Numbered from the whole stretch's first letter, positions 13,501 to 25,538 are shown. The stretch is 63,081 nucleotides of DNA, filler included, from Globobulimina sp. (GCA_003354225.1; 18 parts of 18 records of this genome joined end to end with filler, not necessarily neighbours in it), one strand, 5' to 3'. Notes: generated by a model not told the origin, from the letters alone. Numbers and translations are program-made.

Positions 13501-13796
13501 ACCGAAGAAACTATAATAATAAATTCATTAAAAACAACAAAGAAATTAGAATTGAGAGATCGAGAGGGAAATATATTTACAATTTATGGAATATTAATTG
13601 GAATTTAAACAAAGAAACAAAAATCTATGAATTTAATCTAAATAAATTGTATACAGTACATTATAACAAAGCAAATCAAATAAAATATACAAAATCATAT
13701 AACAAAACACAACAAACTAAAAACAAAAACAAAATAAAAAGAAACACGAATATCATTAACTTATTCACAAAAAACAAGGAAAACAACGATGTTTGA
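10575..13796 (+). mobile_element. Penelope-like retroelement (RT plus GIY-YIG endonuclease), degenerate
   Basis: GDKS (ADKG-like), KPGKCYSLFKDHK, PLRGICS, QTNGGSMGP and YRDD RT motifs; Cys-rich linker; CNSKWAIYVMFCIKCGIESIGSTQ...RMSQH GIY-YIG-like domain. Frameshift near 11130 and a break with apparent deletion near 11560. Confidence 0.92.
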
Positions 13797-14053
13797 TTTG
13801 ATTTCGATACAAATTCATTAATCCATTATTTTTGTATAGATATTATCACAATTTTATTATGGAGCACCTATTTATTTGCCATTCTCCATTGAAATCTATG
13901 TACATTATCAATGAGTGTTTGATTATTGATTTTTTATCATTGTTATTATATTNNNNNNNNNNNNNNNNNNNNNNNNNNNNNNNNNNNNNNNNNNNNTTAA
14001 TTAATTAANNNNNNNNNNNNNNNNNNNNNNNNNNNNNNNNNNNNNNNNNNNNA

Positions 14054-15115
14054 TTTACAAATGATAATAATAACGTTAATAATAAACGTAAAACGAACGA
14101 AAGTGATGAAGCGGATCATTCGGATGAAGAATATGAATATGAATCTGATGAAGACTCAGATAAAGACTCAGATAAAGAATATGAATATGAATCTGATAAA
14201 TCCGATTCTGAATTGGATAAAAAAAAAAAACGATGTGAAGATGAGAAAGCAAAGCATGGTATTAATATTAATGGTTTTAACAGCACATTTGCGGGCCGAG
14301 GGCACACACAAAATACCAACAATTTAGCAAATCCAGATAATAGAAACCACAATAACGATAACAATAACACCTACAATGCAAATAATACCTCCGATTCGAA
14401 CAATACCACCACTGACACGCAAACACATAATACCAATACACAAGCGGATAAAGAGGAAAAGGAAGAAATAGACGTCGACGCATTGATGTGGTTGATTGGA
14501 GCAACAAATGTGCCAACATCTTTGAATTCACCCACATCCGATTCGAGCTCTGCAGCAAAAATGAATAATATAATGATCGCATATGGTGAAAATAAAAATT
14601 TTTTTAATCAGGCAACAATCTCTGATTTACAAACAGAGTATGATGCCACAATACAAATGCTGCAAGATATTATTGGTTATTTATCAGAGTCTTATTCCGC
14701 GCGTCTGACTCAATTAAATAACCATTATAATTACAATAATAACAACAATAATAATATGTCGATGTCATCGATGACGAATTGCTTAAATAATAACTTCGAT
14801 TCCAATATACCCCCAACGATTTTTAACGTAGTGGTGAATAACTACAATAATTTTAACAATAATCAACGAATGGATGTGGAAATTGTGAATGGGGAAATTT
14901 GTATTGCATTCCGAGGCCGTCTAAAGATCAAATGGAATTTGGATAATATTCCTGATTTTTATGTTAATAACAATAAAATTGAATGGAATCAAAGTGATGC
15001 TACGTACGGATATGATGGACGGTTTGATGCGTTTTACAAAGATGGCTTGCAGGGAGAAAAGGATGTTGTCCTTGCTATGTTATTGAGTCTATTCATTAAT
15101 GTAACATATATGTGA
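14054..15115 (+). CDS. Hypothetical low-complexity protein (acidic, Asn-rich), 5'-partial
   Basis: Frame is open from the contig edge, with EYEYESD repeats and poly-Asn. Confidence 0.6.
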   Translation, partial: FTNDNNNVNNKRKTNESDEADHSDEEYEYESDEDSDKDSDKEYEYESDKSDSELDKKKKRCEDEKAKHGININGFNSTFAGRGHTQNTNNLANPDNRNHNNDNNNTYNANNTSDSNNTTTDTQTHNTNTQADKEEKEEIDVDALMWLIGATNVPTSLNSPTSDSSSAAKMNNIMIAYGENKNFFNQATISDLQTEYDATIQMLQDIIGYLSESYSARLTQLNNHYNYNNNNNNNMSMSSMTNCLNNNFDSNIPPTIFNVVVNNYNNFNNNQRMDVEIVNGEICIAFRGRLKIKWNLDNIPDFYVNNNKIEWNQSDATYGYDGRFDAFYKDGLQGEKDVVLAMLLSLFINVTYM

Positions 15116-15693
15116 TAGAAACAGTTATTTGTATCCTTAATTCGCCACCTATTACCTTTCAGTGCGTGGTTAATTTGTTGTGTTTTTATGTATGATTGAT
15201 GTGCAATATTCTCGTTAAGTATATTGACCGTTAAGTGTTGTATATTTTTTCGGTGTGTCCTTACTTTTATTTTGTCTCAAAATGTTTGTTTTCGGTGTGT
15301 CCTTTTTCAGATTTTGTATCGTTTTGTATGCTATTATTTTTTGTTTTTATTTTGATAATTTGCTATTATTTTTTGTTTACCTTTTATTTGTGTATTACGT
15401 GTAATAAATGTTTGTTTGTAATGTCGCGTATATGCTTCCACGTTTTGTGGCGTGACTTTTGTCATATTTTCTTTTTCAGCTCCAATCATATGACCGAATT
15501 CCAATGTATTTATGGATTTTTATTTAATTTTAATTTATTACATGTTTCACTTTCAGATATTTTACACGTTTGATAATATAATCAGCAAACAAATGTACAT
15601 TAGAACATGAATAATTCGAAACAGAAATATAGTCAGCAAACAGTATACAATATACTCCAACCAAAAACTTGGTTTGTACTTTGAAGTTGCAAT

Positions 15694-17464
15694 ATGGCAC
15701 GACCAGTAGGAGAATGGTCAGGAATATGCGATGACATTACCAATACACATCCAACAATGCCATGTCATTGTGGTCCAACCAAAGACTCTTCATACAACGC
15801 AATCTCATGTCGCACAATATCTCAGTTGCCATTTGAAAAGGCCTTATCCATATTTTTGTTCCTCTACGATTTAATCGTCATCGCCATCTGCTTGTATTGG
15901 TTAATTACATTCTGGCGGCATCGCGAGATGAGAGCCTATCACTATTCATTAAAAGTACGCCGCCCTTTTTACATGATATTATCCTATATCTTGATATTGC
16001 CCTTCATATTGGAAGAAGGCATCGCCACAATCTATTTATTCTGGGCACATGTCGTTCCTTCTCGTGATCAGCAATGGGATGGCATCAATTGGTGGACCCA
16101 ATATGACGGTTCGCCCATCTTTTTTGATAGAACTAGTGATATTATATTACATTTCTTATATTGGTTTGGCTTTTGGTCGTTTTTCCAATTAAAAATATTT
16201 AAGTTAATTGCGAATTTTCGTATAAATATACATATATATATAGCATCACATATAATACACATATAATATACGCACATGTACAGGTTATGGATGTTGCGCT
16301 ATGACTACGAATATAGCAAAGAAATGAGTAATATCGAATGGAAGGACCATTTGGGTCTACGTACAGTGGAAGCAAAGTCATTTTTTATTCGCTACAGATC
16401 CATTTTAGGCAATTCTTTTTTAATGTTCTTCTTACAATTAGTGATTTTAGTGATTGTCATTTTTATCCAAATATTTATCCGTTTGGTGCCCATATTGCAA
16501 GAATCGGCCACGGCCTCCACCATCGAGGGCATTATCATTTTAATCATCGCCATCACAGAGTTTATATTTGTGGTCTGGTTAATGCATCAAATACGAGGAG
16601 TAAATGATAACTTTTATTTGAAAGCGGAATCAAAGCGCATATTCATTGCCTCATTGATTGGTGGCTCGTCGTGGATCATTGGCTTAATTGTTACCTCGAG
16701 CTTCGCCGACACCATTTCATTCATCTGGGTCAAGGCCGGCACCATCTTATTATTTACGAGCTGGATTTGTGTATTTTGCTATTTTGAGACCATTTGGGTA
16801 TTAAAACGGATTGATGCGGATTGGGCGCGACATTCACCGCATCGAATCAATGTGAATCAAGCGCAGAATATCAATAATCGCGAGGAGAATATATGTGTTT
16901 TTCTTAAGTTAGGCGATATATTACAATGCCAGGAGGGGTTTGAAGCTATGATGCGGTTCTTAGTGAAGGAGTTTTCATGCGAAAATCTATTGTGTTATGT
17001 GGAATTGTCGCAGTATATCGTTACCTGGCAAACTGATGACGGCGGGGCTGCGGCTGGGCAGCGTCAACAAATAAAGTTATTTTTTGTGTTTTTCATCCTG
17101 GCACTTTGCATACAAATACAATAAAAACAGTGATTTTGACGAGTATGGGGATGACGATGGCAGCATAACAGCAGAACAACATAGAATAAATACAGGAGTT
17201 CACATTGAAATGTCAGGGAATAGTCATAATAAGAACGGTCATGGCTCATTGCATGATATTAACCATAGATCGGAACAAATGAAAGTGGAGAGGTTTCCAT
17301 ATTTTGAGAATCCGGAGTTTGAGGATGAATTAGGTCATTACGAGTATATTATGCAAAAATATATCTATGATTCTGCGTGTTTGCAAATCAATATTTCGGG
17401 TGCATTGCGGACGGAGGCACAGATAAATTCGCCCGGCATGGACAATATTCGCATTATTAAAATG
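15694..17464 (+). CDS. Second multi-pass (7TM-like) RGS protein, 3'-truncated; introns 16203-16283 and 17076-17130
   Basis: About 7 hydrophobic helices; RGS motifs GFEAMMRFLVKEFSCENLLCYVEL and IMQKYIYDSACLQINISGALR; both introns restore the frame. Confidence 0.87.
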
Positions 17465-17564
17465 NNNNNNNNNNNNNNNNNNNNNNNNNNNNNNNNNNNN
17501 NNNNNNNNTTAATTAATTAANNNNNNNNNNNNNNNNNNNNNNNNNNNNNNNNNNNNNNNNNNNN

Positions 17565-17926
17565 TCCAACTCATCAATGTTACTCAATTGACCATCGTCT
17601 TCGCTCTCTGCAGTGGGCGGTGATGCTTTGTGCGATGCGTTGGATGTATTTAGTATATGGTTAAATGTGTTGAAATAATAACTTTGTTGGTCGTATGTCA
17701 TCTTGTTTTGGGATGTGGAGCGATCTATAAACTGTGATAATAAAATACGATAAATGTCAGGTTTAAACCATTCAAATAATTCACCGATTTGTTTATTATT
17801 TGCTTTGGATAATAATTCATGCAAATGAATGTTGAAAAACGTTGATGGCGGCGGCGTTGTATGAGCATGACAACCACACGGAAGGTAATTAGAAGACATA
17901 TTGGGAAGTTCTTGTGAGTGTTGCAT
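17565..17926 (-). CDS. Hypothetical protein N-terminus, 3'-truncated
   Basis: ATG-initiated frame open to the contig edge; divergent from the DnaJ gene. Confidence 0.5.
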
Positions 17927-18005
17927 TATACGTTACTGTGATTTACTGGCTATATAGTTGAAAATCGTAAGTTAGTGCTAAATAAAAAAACTAGCACTCT
18001 GACAA

Positions 18006-18997
18006 ATGGCACAAGAAAAAGTTTAGTCGCTAGCTATCTCATTCGCACAATTTCAATAATGTTTAATTATAATTGCGATAGACTGACTACTATGCGATAC
18101 TTGGCGTAGATAAAGATGCCGACGACAAGAAAATAAAAAAAGCATATAGGTGAATATTCTCCTTATAGTTGTCGATTGGTGTGAACGCCAACAATATAAA
18201 CAAACAGAAAACTAGCATTGAAATGGCACCCAGATAGAAACCCAGACAACAAAGAAGAGTCAGAAGAGAAGTTCAAAGAGATCGCCCAGGTGTGTTTGCG
18301 TTGCGATGTCTGATTTCTTATCCTTGCACAACTCGCACAATCGCCAAAAATATGTGGCATTGGCCAGGCATATGAAGTGCTGTCAGATGCAAAGAAGAGG
18401 AAAGCATACGACCATGGCGGAATGGATGAGGTTTTCATGGATTTCGGCAACATCTTCGAGCATTTCAGTGCAACCTCATTCTTTGATGATATATTTGCCA
18501 ATGACCCATTTTTCAGCAATGCCTTCGGAGGTTCTCCATTTGCTAATAGACACAGTAACAATCGCAATAATAATAATAATAATCATAATCATAATAATGG
18601 CGGTATGCACAACCCATTTGGTCCCATGTTTGGTGGCGGCGACCCATTTCAGTCAATGTTCTCCTCCTCGTTCGACGGTGGAATGAATGGCGGCGACGAT
18701 TCGGGCTTTTCTTCATTTGCATCCTCCTCATTTGGCGGTGGGATGGGCAATGGAACGAATGTTATGTCGCAATCCGTATCGACCTCTTATGTGAATGGCA
18801 AAAAAGTGACTACGAAAAAAATGCAAAAAAATGGGCAAACCATTGTTGAAAAATATGAAAATGACCAGTTAGTACAAAAAATGATTAATGGACAAGCACA
18901 AAGTTTAGAGGCGATTGAGTATAATGGGAGAAATAATAAAAATAGAAAGAAAAACAAAAAAAAGAAAAAAAAACATAAACCAAAATATGATTATTGA
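18006..18997 (+). CDS. DnaJ/Hsp40 class B protein (DNAJB6-like); introns 18021-18081, 18150-18207, 18290-18367
   Basis: Spliced J-domain DYYAILGV...[14 protein letters not shown]...[13 protein letters not shown] with the HPD motif; G/F-rich region; C-terminal [15 protein letters not shown]. Confidence 0.95.
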
Positions 18998-19254
18998 TTT
19001 TTTCTGGCAATAAAAGTTGAACGTAAATTGTTTTTTCTTTCCTTTTTCTTTTCATTGTTGCTTTTGTCTTACTAAGAATTAAATTGTTCCCAATATTGTA
19101 CCTTTTTAAACGTCAATATTTGTCTCCTTTGAATAATAATTTTAGTTATTTTAAAGTTGCAAACTCTCATGAATCGCTCATCGCGATTTCATACATAAGG
19201 CCACGAAATGAACGACTCACTACGCAAAAAAGTTTCAGTAGCCTTTAAAAAAAA

Positions 19255-20614
19255 ATGAACGATGCTGTCAGGAAAAGACGGTCCCAATTATTAGTAAGTG
19301 GATACGTTAGAAAATATAGCACTCCATACATCCATACAGATATTATTAGTGTCATTCATGCGTTCCATTATTTAATATATAAAATATTGGAATTATATTC
19401 TGTTGGAGAGAATGGAGAGGGACAACAAGGTAATGGAGGAAATGAAGATATTAAACAAATAACAAAAATAAAAACATTTCAAAAAGAAATAAAAAATATT
19501 GTTACTTGTGGTGCTTGTGGTGGTCGTTATGGTGTTATTGGTGTAGCAGCATACATTTTATTTGAGGATAAAACATATGAATGCTGTGGGTATAATAAAA
19601 AGGGTGTATTAGGTGTTGGGCATTATAATAATATTAATATATGGCATCAAATAAAAGATATGAAAATAAAAAATATATTTGCAGCACCAAACAGATCATA
19701 TCACTCATTTTGTATTACAAATGAGAAAAAATTATATGCTGTCGGAGGGAATTATGATAATCAATTTGGTATAAAAACAAATCAGTATACTAATATTAAA
19801 TGGACACCAATTAATACAACATTATCGATTCAAAAAGTAGCCACGGCAGCGAGATATACAACATTTTTAAGTGTAAATGATAAAATTTATGTTGCTGGTA
19901 ATGATGCTGGTTATGGTGGTTTAGGATTAGGAAAAGATATTAAATCAACACCAAATATTCAAGAAATTCAAACAAAAATAAACTTTAAGGATATATATTG
20001 TGGAAGTCATCATACCTTAGCAATTGATGAAAATTATGGTGTTTGGTCGTGGGGATATGGTAAATGTGGTAGTTTAGGCCATGGAGATGCTAACAATAGA
20101 TATTCACCAACAAGAATACAATATTTTATTCAAAACAATATTAAAATTGGTAAAATATGTTGTGGTGTTTTTCATAATATATTATTATCATTAATTAACA
20201 AAGTTTTGATCTGTTTCTGTTGTGTTTATTTTTATACTGTTTTGTCTGTCATATACAAATATATTTTAATAAATAAATAAGATATATTGTTTTGGAGTGA
20301 ATGTGGAGTATCAATGTGGTAATGGTTCAGCTAAAAATGTATATTTACCACAACCAAATGAAACATTAAAAAAGGAAACAATTATTGATATTAAATGTGG
20401 CGCGCATCATAATATTATAAAAACAGCGGATAACAAATATTATTTATGGGGATATAATGAATATAATCAATGTTTATATGTTGATGATGCCAATCCGCCG
20501 TCATATATTAAGAAACCCTTATTATTTAATTCAAATTATTTTGATACAGATGAAGAAATCGTTGAAATGTATCCTGGATGGAATGAAACACGAATAGTGA
20601 TTGGCAAAATTTAA
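19255..20614 (+). CDS. RCC1/BLIP-II repeat protein; intron 20203-20281
   Basis: Repeats such as CGSHHTLAI..VWSWGYGKCGSLGHG and CGAHHNII..YLWGYNEYNQC; a 79-bp intron joins the ORFs. Confidence 0.9.
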
Positions 20615-20700
20615 ATGAAGATGAAAAAAAAAAAGTGACATTTGAATTTTGGTTTTTTTTATCAACTGCTTTAGAATAAAATAAAAATAAAAATAATAAA

Positions 20701-20763
20701 AGTGATGATTGGGATTTGAACCCACGTCTTGTTCATAAGATGCTTTCTTTAAGCTATCATCAC
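20701..20763 (-). ncRNA. 63-nt tRNA-like cloverleaf (shortened or pseudo-tRNA)
   Basis: Acceptor stem GTGATGA/TCATCAC (7 bp), D stem GCTT/AAGC, anticodon-like stem TCTT/AAGA with a 6-nt loop ATGAAC, T arm TGGG-TTCAAAT-CCCA, then a T run. Confidence 0.6.
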
Positions 20764-20790
20764 ATATTATTATTATTGTCGCCATTATTA

Positions 20791-20976
20791 TTAATTTATA
20801 CTTATTCTTTGTTCAGCTTTGGCCCTCTCCGCAGATATGTAACTATTCAAATGTCGATCCAACACCGCACTGATCATACCCACATAGTGCGGCAATGTAT
20901 GCTCTATCTCATCCGCACCCAATTCTGTCTGCGGCAGACTCAAAAATTTACGGGCTTCCTGCTGCAATTTCTCCTC
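20791..20976 (-). CDS. Fragment of a helical protein, 5'-partial (weak resemblance to Vps53)
   Basis: Open frame EEKLQQEARKF...GMISAVLDRHLNSYISAE from the contig edge to TAA at 20791. Confidence 0.35.
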   Translation of the reverse strand, partial: EEKLQQEARKFLSLPQTELGADEIEHTLPHYVGMISAVLDRHLNSYISAERAKAEQRISIN

Positions 20977-21270
20977 NNNNNNNNNNNNNNNNNNNNNNNN
21001 NNNNNNNNNNNNNNNNNNNNTTAATTAATTAANNNNNNNNNNNNNNNNNNNNNNNNNNNNNNNNNNNNNNNNNNNNAATCACTTAATTATATGCTGCTTT
21101 GGCTCACTTTTTTTATTCACTATTTGCTATAATTGAATAGTGTCACTTTTTAGAGTCAGCTAGTTTTCTCACTTTTTAGAGTCACTTTTTTGCTATATCT
21201 ATAACTGTGTTATTCCAACATTTGTGAGTCAGTTTAAATGGGATTTTGCAAATTTTTGTTGGATTAAGTC

Positions 21271-21978
21271 ATGTCGAACATACACACTTTGGAATCTGTC
21301 AGGAGAAGAGATGAACAGCAACGGCAAAATCAACAACGGAATAGAAATTATTCCCGGCCAAACAGTCTTGGTTCGAACCCACCTAATCGTTGGACAAAGG
21401 AACAGAAATTAATATACTCGATGATTGGTATAAATTGTGCACTTTACATTGGATGGCAAATATACCCTCAATTTATGTGGAAACATTTTATTTTGAGTAA
21501 TCATAATATTAACGCCAACAGATTTTATGTATTAGTAACATCGGATTACAGTCATAAAGGTTTAATACATTTAGGATTTAATATGTATTCATTATATCAT
21601 AACGGATTCAGTATATTGAAGCGAATTTCATTTAAAAAATTCTTGATTTTATACATTGGATCAGGAATCATGGGCAATTATGCCACATTATTATGGAATA
21701 TTAAAATAAGGAAAAAGTCTGATGTGTATTCATTGGGTGCTTCCGGGTCATTGATGGGTTTGAGCGTAGTTTTGGGATTAATTAATTTGTATAAACAATG
21801 GCAACAAACCTCGACATCGGAAACTGATTTAAAAAAGAAAATTAGAACATTTTTATTGGATACAACCGGCAAAGATGTATTGTTTTTGTTATTTTTGCAA
21901 GCTTTTAGTTCACACGATCATGCTGGACATTTAGGGGGAGCCTTTTTTGGATGGCTGTTTTGGAAACATATGATGTGA
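21271..21978 (+). CDS. Rhomboid-family intramembrane serine protease
   Basis: SHKGLIHLGFNM, catalytic GASG and HAGHLGGA motifs; several TM helices. Confidence 0.93.
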   Translation: MSNIHTLESVRRRDEQQRQNQQRNRNYSRPNSLGSNPPNRWTKEQKLIYSMIGINCALYIGWQIYPQFMWKHFILSNHNINANRFYVLVTSDYSHKGLIHLGFNMYSLYHNGFSILKRISFKKFLILYIGSGIMGNYATLLWNIKIRKKSDVYSLGASGSLMGLSVVLGLINLYKQWQQTSTSETDLKKKIRTFLLDTTGKDVLFLLFLQAFSSHDHAGHLGGAFFGWLFWKHMM

Positions 21979-22194
21979 AAAGCTGTAAATTCTTGCAATT
22001 TCTTGTTTGTGCTCAAGTACTGTGCACGTATCGACAAATTGTTACTGACGCACACAACTCTCACATAACAAATGTTAATTCACATGCATTTAATACATGC
22101 GTACAATCAATATTTGACAGTTCCATATATTTCAAATCCAGCCAAACATAAATACTGCGTATATTCATTACATTATGGTTGCGATTAATTTGTG

Positions 22195-22923
22195 TTAAAT
22201 CGCATATGCAATATATTCACATACATGATCTGGTCGATTATTTGCTGCATATTGAATCACTCTAAATTTTGAATAAAAAGCATCGCAATCTATGTTCCAT
22301 GAACCTGTTCTAGCCTTATCTTTAAGTGTGATTTCATTTTTGTGTCTACGAATTGGTTCCCATTTTCTGCCGTTTTTCCTCATTCCCTCCAATCGCCAAT
22401 TCATTAAATATGCATCACCGATGGTATAACCATGCCGTAATGTATACATATTTGGATTTATTTCCATTGCACGAAAATCAATAACCGCCCATGAATTTGG
22501 TGCATTGTCAGTATACATTTCTGCATATTTTCGACCAATTACAACTGATACGGGTCCTGATTCTAAGCTACTTGTCGTCACAACAACATTGTTGTCATTT
22601 GGATTTAGCCATTCTGTTGTTTTTCCTTTTTGCGTTCCAAGCCAATAAATTATACCGTTTTCGTCAAAATCGTAATCATATTTAAATTCGTGCATATTTT
22701 CACATTCTTTTGAATCATTCTTTTCGTCTTTTCCTTCATTTTGTGGTGTAGCAGAAGAAAAACTATCCAATTCTTTCATTAATAAGTTTAAATCGACCAT
22801 ATCCTGTTTTTTAAATCCACATAACTCTGCAATACTCGCAAACTGGTTTTGTATGTTTCGTAATGAGAATAATACGTGTTTGCGTTCTTGTGGTAAAGCT
22901 GACCACCTTGAAATCACTGACAT
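22195..22923 (-). CDS. Protein with a galactose-binding-like/F5-8-type domain (as in HECTD1 and BTB-associated domains)
   Basis: FKYDYDFDENGIIYWLGT...WLNP...SWAVIDF...YTLRHG...NWRLEG pattern. Confidence 0.7.
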   Translation of the reverse strand: MSVISRWSALPQERKHVLFSLRNIQNQFASIAELCGFKKQDMVDLNLLMKELDSFSSATPQNEGKDEKNDSKECENMHEFKYDYDFDENGIIYWLGTQKGKTTEWLNPNDNNVVVTTSSLESGPVSVVIGRKYAEMYTDNAPNSWAVIDFRAMEINPNMYTLRHGYTIGDAYLMNWRLEGMRKNGRKWEPIRRHKNEITLKDKARTGSWNIDCDAFYSKFRVIQYAANNRPDHVCEYIAYAI

Positions 22924-23326
22924 GTTTCAACAGAGTTTTTGCTTTAAGAAAATCTTTAAATCATGCAAAGTAATCACATAAATGTCATTATTACTACCGT
23001 AAAAATAATTAAAATATATCTCTCTTTCATATCACCATGCCAGCACCTCTCGGATATTTTGAATATTCACCAAAAACAATAATTTGAACAGTTATTTCGG
23101 AAAGAACTATTTTGACAAAAATCCAAAAAAATGCAATAAAACACTGCAAGGCTGAAATTAAAAGTTTTAACAATTTGAAAAAAACACATTTAAAAAACCA
23201 AACCGTTTCGAAAATAGTAATAGGTGTTGTCAGTGGCAACATTATTCAAACGTAGCTATAGACAAACACACTAAAAATAATCTGACGATTTAGTTATATC
23301 CTTTTTGTTTGGTTGTCCTTACATTT

Positions 23327-24364
23327 TTAATTTCGTTGATAGTAAGATTTCCAATATTTGTTCGAATCCGTAATGTTTTGTATCGTTTTGAATCGAACCA
23401 TTTTTGCAAACTGTGGTTTTATGCCACCATTAAAATGCAGCACCGATGGCCATAAATACGAAGAAGCGTTCATTGCAATGGTATCATTATTAAAATATTT
23501 CCAATCATTCATAATTTGGGTGACATTCTTTCTATTCATCGATTTCAACATCGTTTGATAATAATCCAATGTAATTAATGTGCGGTATTCGCGAATAAAG
23601 ACGTTTTGCATAAACGACTGGTCGCCTTTTTGGGAATAATCGAAATTAAATAATGTGTTCCTGCCATAATTTAAAATCATTTCAAATGCAGAATGTGCTG
23701 CATCTAATCTTCCAATAAACATTCCAGAATTCAGATATCTGTCCGTACCGTGCAAATCATGTGGTATCTTTGGGTATTTTTCGCAGTATTTTGCTTTTGG
23801 GAAACAATGAGGTTCACTGTTAAACATTATTTTGTTTCGAATGAATTGATGTTGTTGTTCGTACTGAACATATTGTGATAATATGTGGTTTGCTGAAGAT
23901 TGTATAATAACATCGTATCCATCAACCACTAATAAGACAAGCCGGGAATTTATATTACGACGCTTTTGATGGCGTATAATTAAATATTGTAATTGGTTAT
24001 AAATATTTGTAAGTTTTGCCCAATGGGTTAATCGCGTTGTGGTTATATTGCGGCCCAAACCAATGATATTAATGGAATGGTTGTATGTCAATGTATTCAT
24101 CGACAACGTGCTGATGCCAAATGAGTTGAATTTATTCGCTGACACGAAAATCATTAATGAAAGATTCATTGTTTCATTGTAATAAAATGATGGTTCTTTA
24201 ACTATATAAGTATAATCACCAATCATTGACGAATGGAACGGATCATTAACATTCAGATTATAATCTCTCTCATATATATTTGAAATGTTCCAAACAAACA
24301 ATAAACCAAAAATTACTGGTATGCCAATTAAGATAACAACAAAATTTAACTTTCTGCGCATCAC
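23327..24364 (-). CDS. Type II membrane glycosyltransferase, PLOD/LH3 GT-like
   Basis: N-terminal TM anchor; VVDGYDVI, FNSEPHCFP, YLNSGMFIG, GDQ and LHFNG motifs. Confidence 0.82.
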   Translation of the reverse strand: MMRRKLNFVVILIGIPVIFGLLFVWNISNIYERDYNLNVNDPFHSSMIGDYTYIVKEPSFYYNETMNLSLMIFVSANKFNSFGISTLSMNTLTYNHSINIIGLGRNITTTRLTHWAKLTNIYNQLQYLIIRHQKRRNINSRLVLLVVDGYDVIIQSSANHILSQYVQYEQQHQFIRNKIMFNSEPHCFPKAKYCEKYPKIPHDLHGTDRYLNSGMFIGRLDAAHSAFEMILNYGRNTLFNFDYSQKGDQSFMQNVFIREYRTLITLDYYQTMLKSMNRKNVTQIMNDWKYFNNDTIAMNASSYLWPSVLHFNGGIKPQFAKMVRFKTIQNITDSNKYWKSYYQRN

Positions 24365-24586
24365 TCAATAATTAGATACCAATTGGTGAAGTATGAAGTA
24401 TTTATGAAAAACTTTGCAGATGAACTTTTTTTGTGTTTCAAGTGAAGTATTTATGAAAAATATTTTATTTTGTTGAAAGTATGAAGNNNNNNNNNNNNNN
24501 NNNNNNNNNNNNNNNNNNNNNNNNNNNNNNTTAATTAATTAANNNNNNNNNNNNNNNNNNNNNNNNNNNNNNNNNNNNNNNNNNNN

Positions 24587-25538
24587 AATAACTTCTTCGC
24601 CAATATATCTGCTGAGAAAAATATACATTCATTCTATTCCCACTGTCCATGTCAGCAAATCTCTCATATGCATCATGGTAGGAACCGGCCAATAAACCAT
24701 TTGCCAGCATCCCAAATGCATAAAAATCAATGCCAAAATATCTGTTTTAATATCGCACATATTAATGTTTAGACAAACACAATATAATAACATGTTGCAT
24801 ATATACCTCAAACAGGGCATTAATTCGGCTTCGACATCTCTGCAAATGGGGTTATAATGTCCCTGGTAAACAGTAGGTAATACATAATTATTTTGCATAC
24901 AAATTGTATAAATCCGCGAAACTTGCCACGAATAAAAATTTGATAAACCAAATCGTCGAAATTTCCCTTTTTGATACAAATCATTTATTGTGGATAATGT
25001 GAGATTAATATCTGTTGTAATATCCATCCAATGTAAATATAATATATCCACTGAATCTCGTTCTAATTTATTCAATGAAATATTGAATTGCTTCCGTATT
25101 GATTCTGGTGTTAAACCTAACGAACAACATTTGATATTGAATAAACAACAAATCATAAACATTTTTTTATATATCAATACCTAAATATTTTTTTTGTGGA
25201 TATGGAGATGCATTAAAGGGATGATCAGGATTATTATCAGCAAACATTGGTGTTACTTTTGTGGAAATATATGTTTTTTTTACGGCATCTGATATGGACG
25301 GTATTGCTGATGATGCTGTTTCTTCATTGCCATATAAATAAGCACCATCAATATTGCATTCACCCATTTCATTTACAAATCCATTGATTACTCTGGCCAG
25401 ATCATCTGCACTTAATGCACCACCAAATGGTACTGCACCTAACACAATTTGTGGTCTTCCTAATGATGCGTCTATAACAGGTTGTGCTTGTTTTCTCTCA
25501 TATTCAGTGAAAAAGGCAAACGGTCTTGAATCAGCCAT
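24587..25538 (-). CDS. Aldo-keto reductase (AKR7/aflatoxin aldehyde reductase-like), 3'-truncated; introns 25117-25180 and 24742-24806
   Basis: IDGAYLYG, ISTKV, DILYLHW, GLSNF and PTVYQGHYN; both GT-AG introns restore the frame. Confidence 0.9.

Noticed and set aside
13797-13952. Pseudo-LTR or hammerhead at the Penelope 3' end
   Set aside because: No CTGANGA...GAAA core and no repeat of the 5' sequence are visible before the contig ends.
15235-15573. 112-aa hydrophobic ORF
   Set aside because: T-rich low-complexity intergenic sequence with a non-ATG start.
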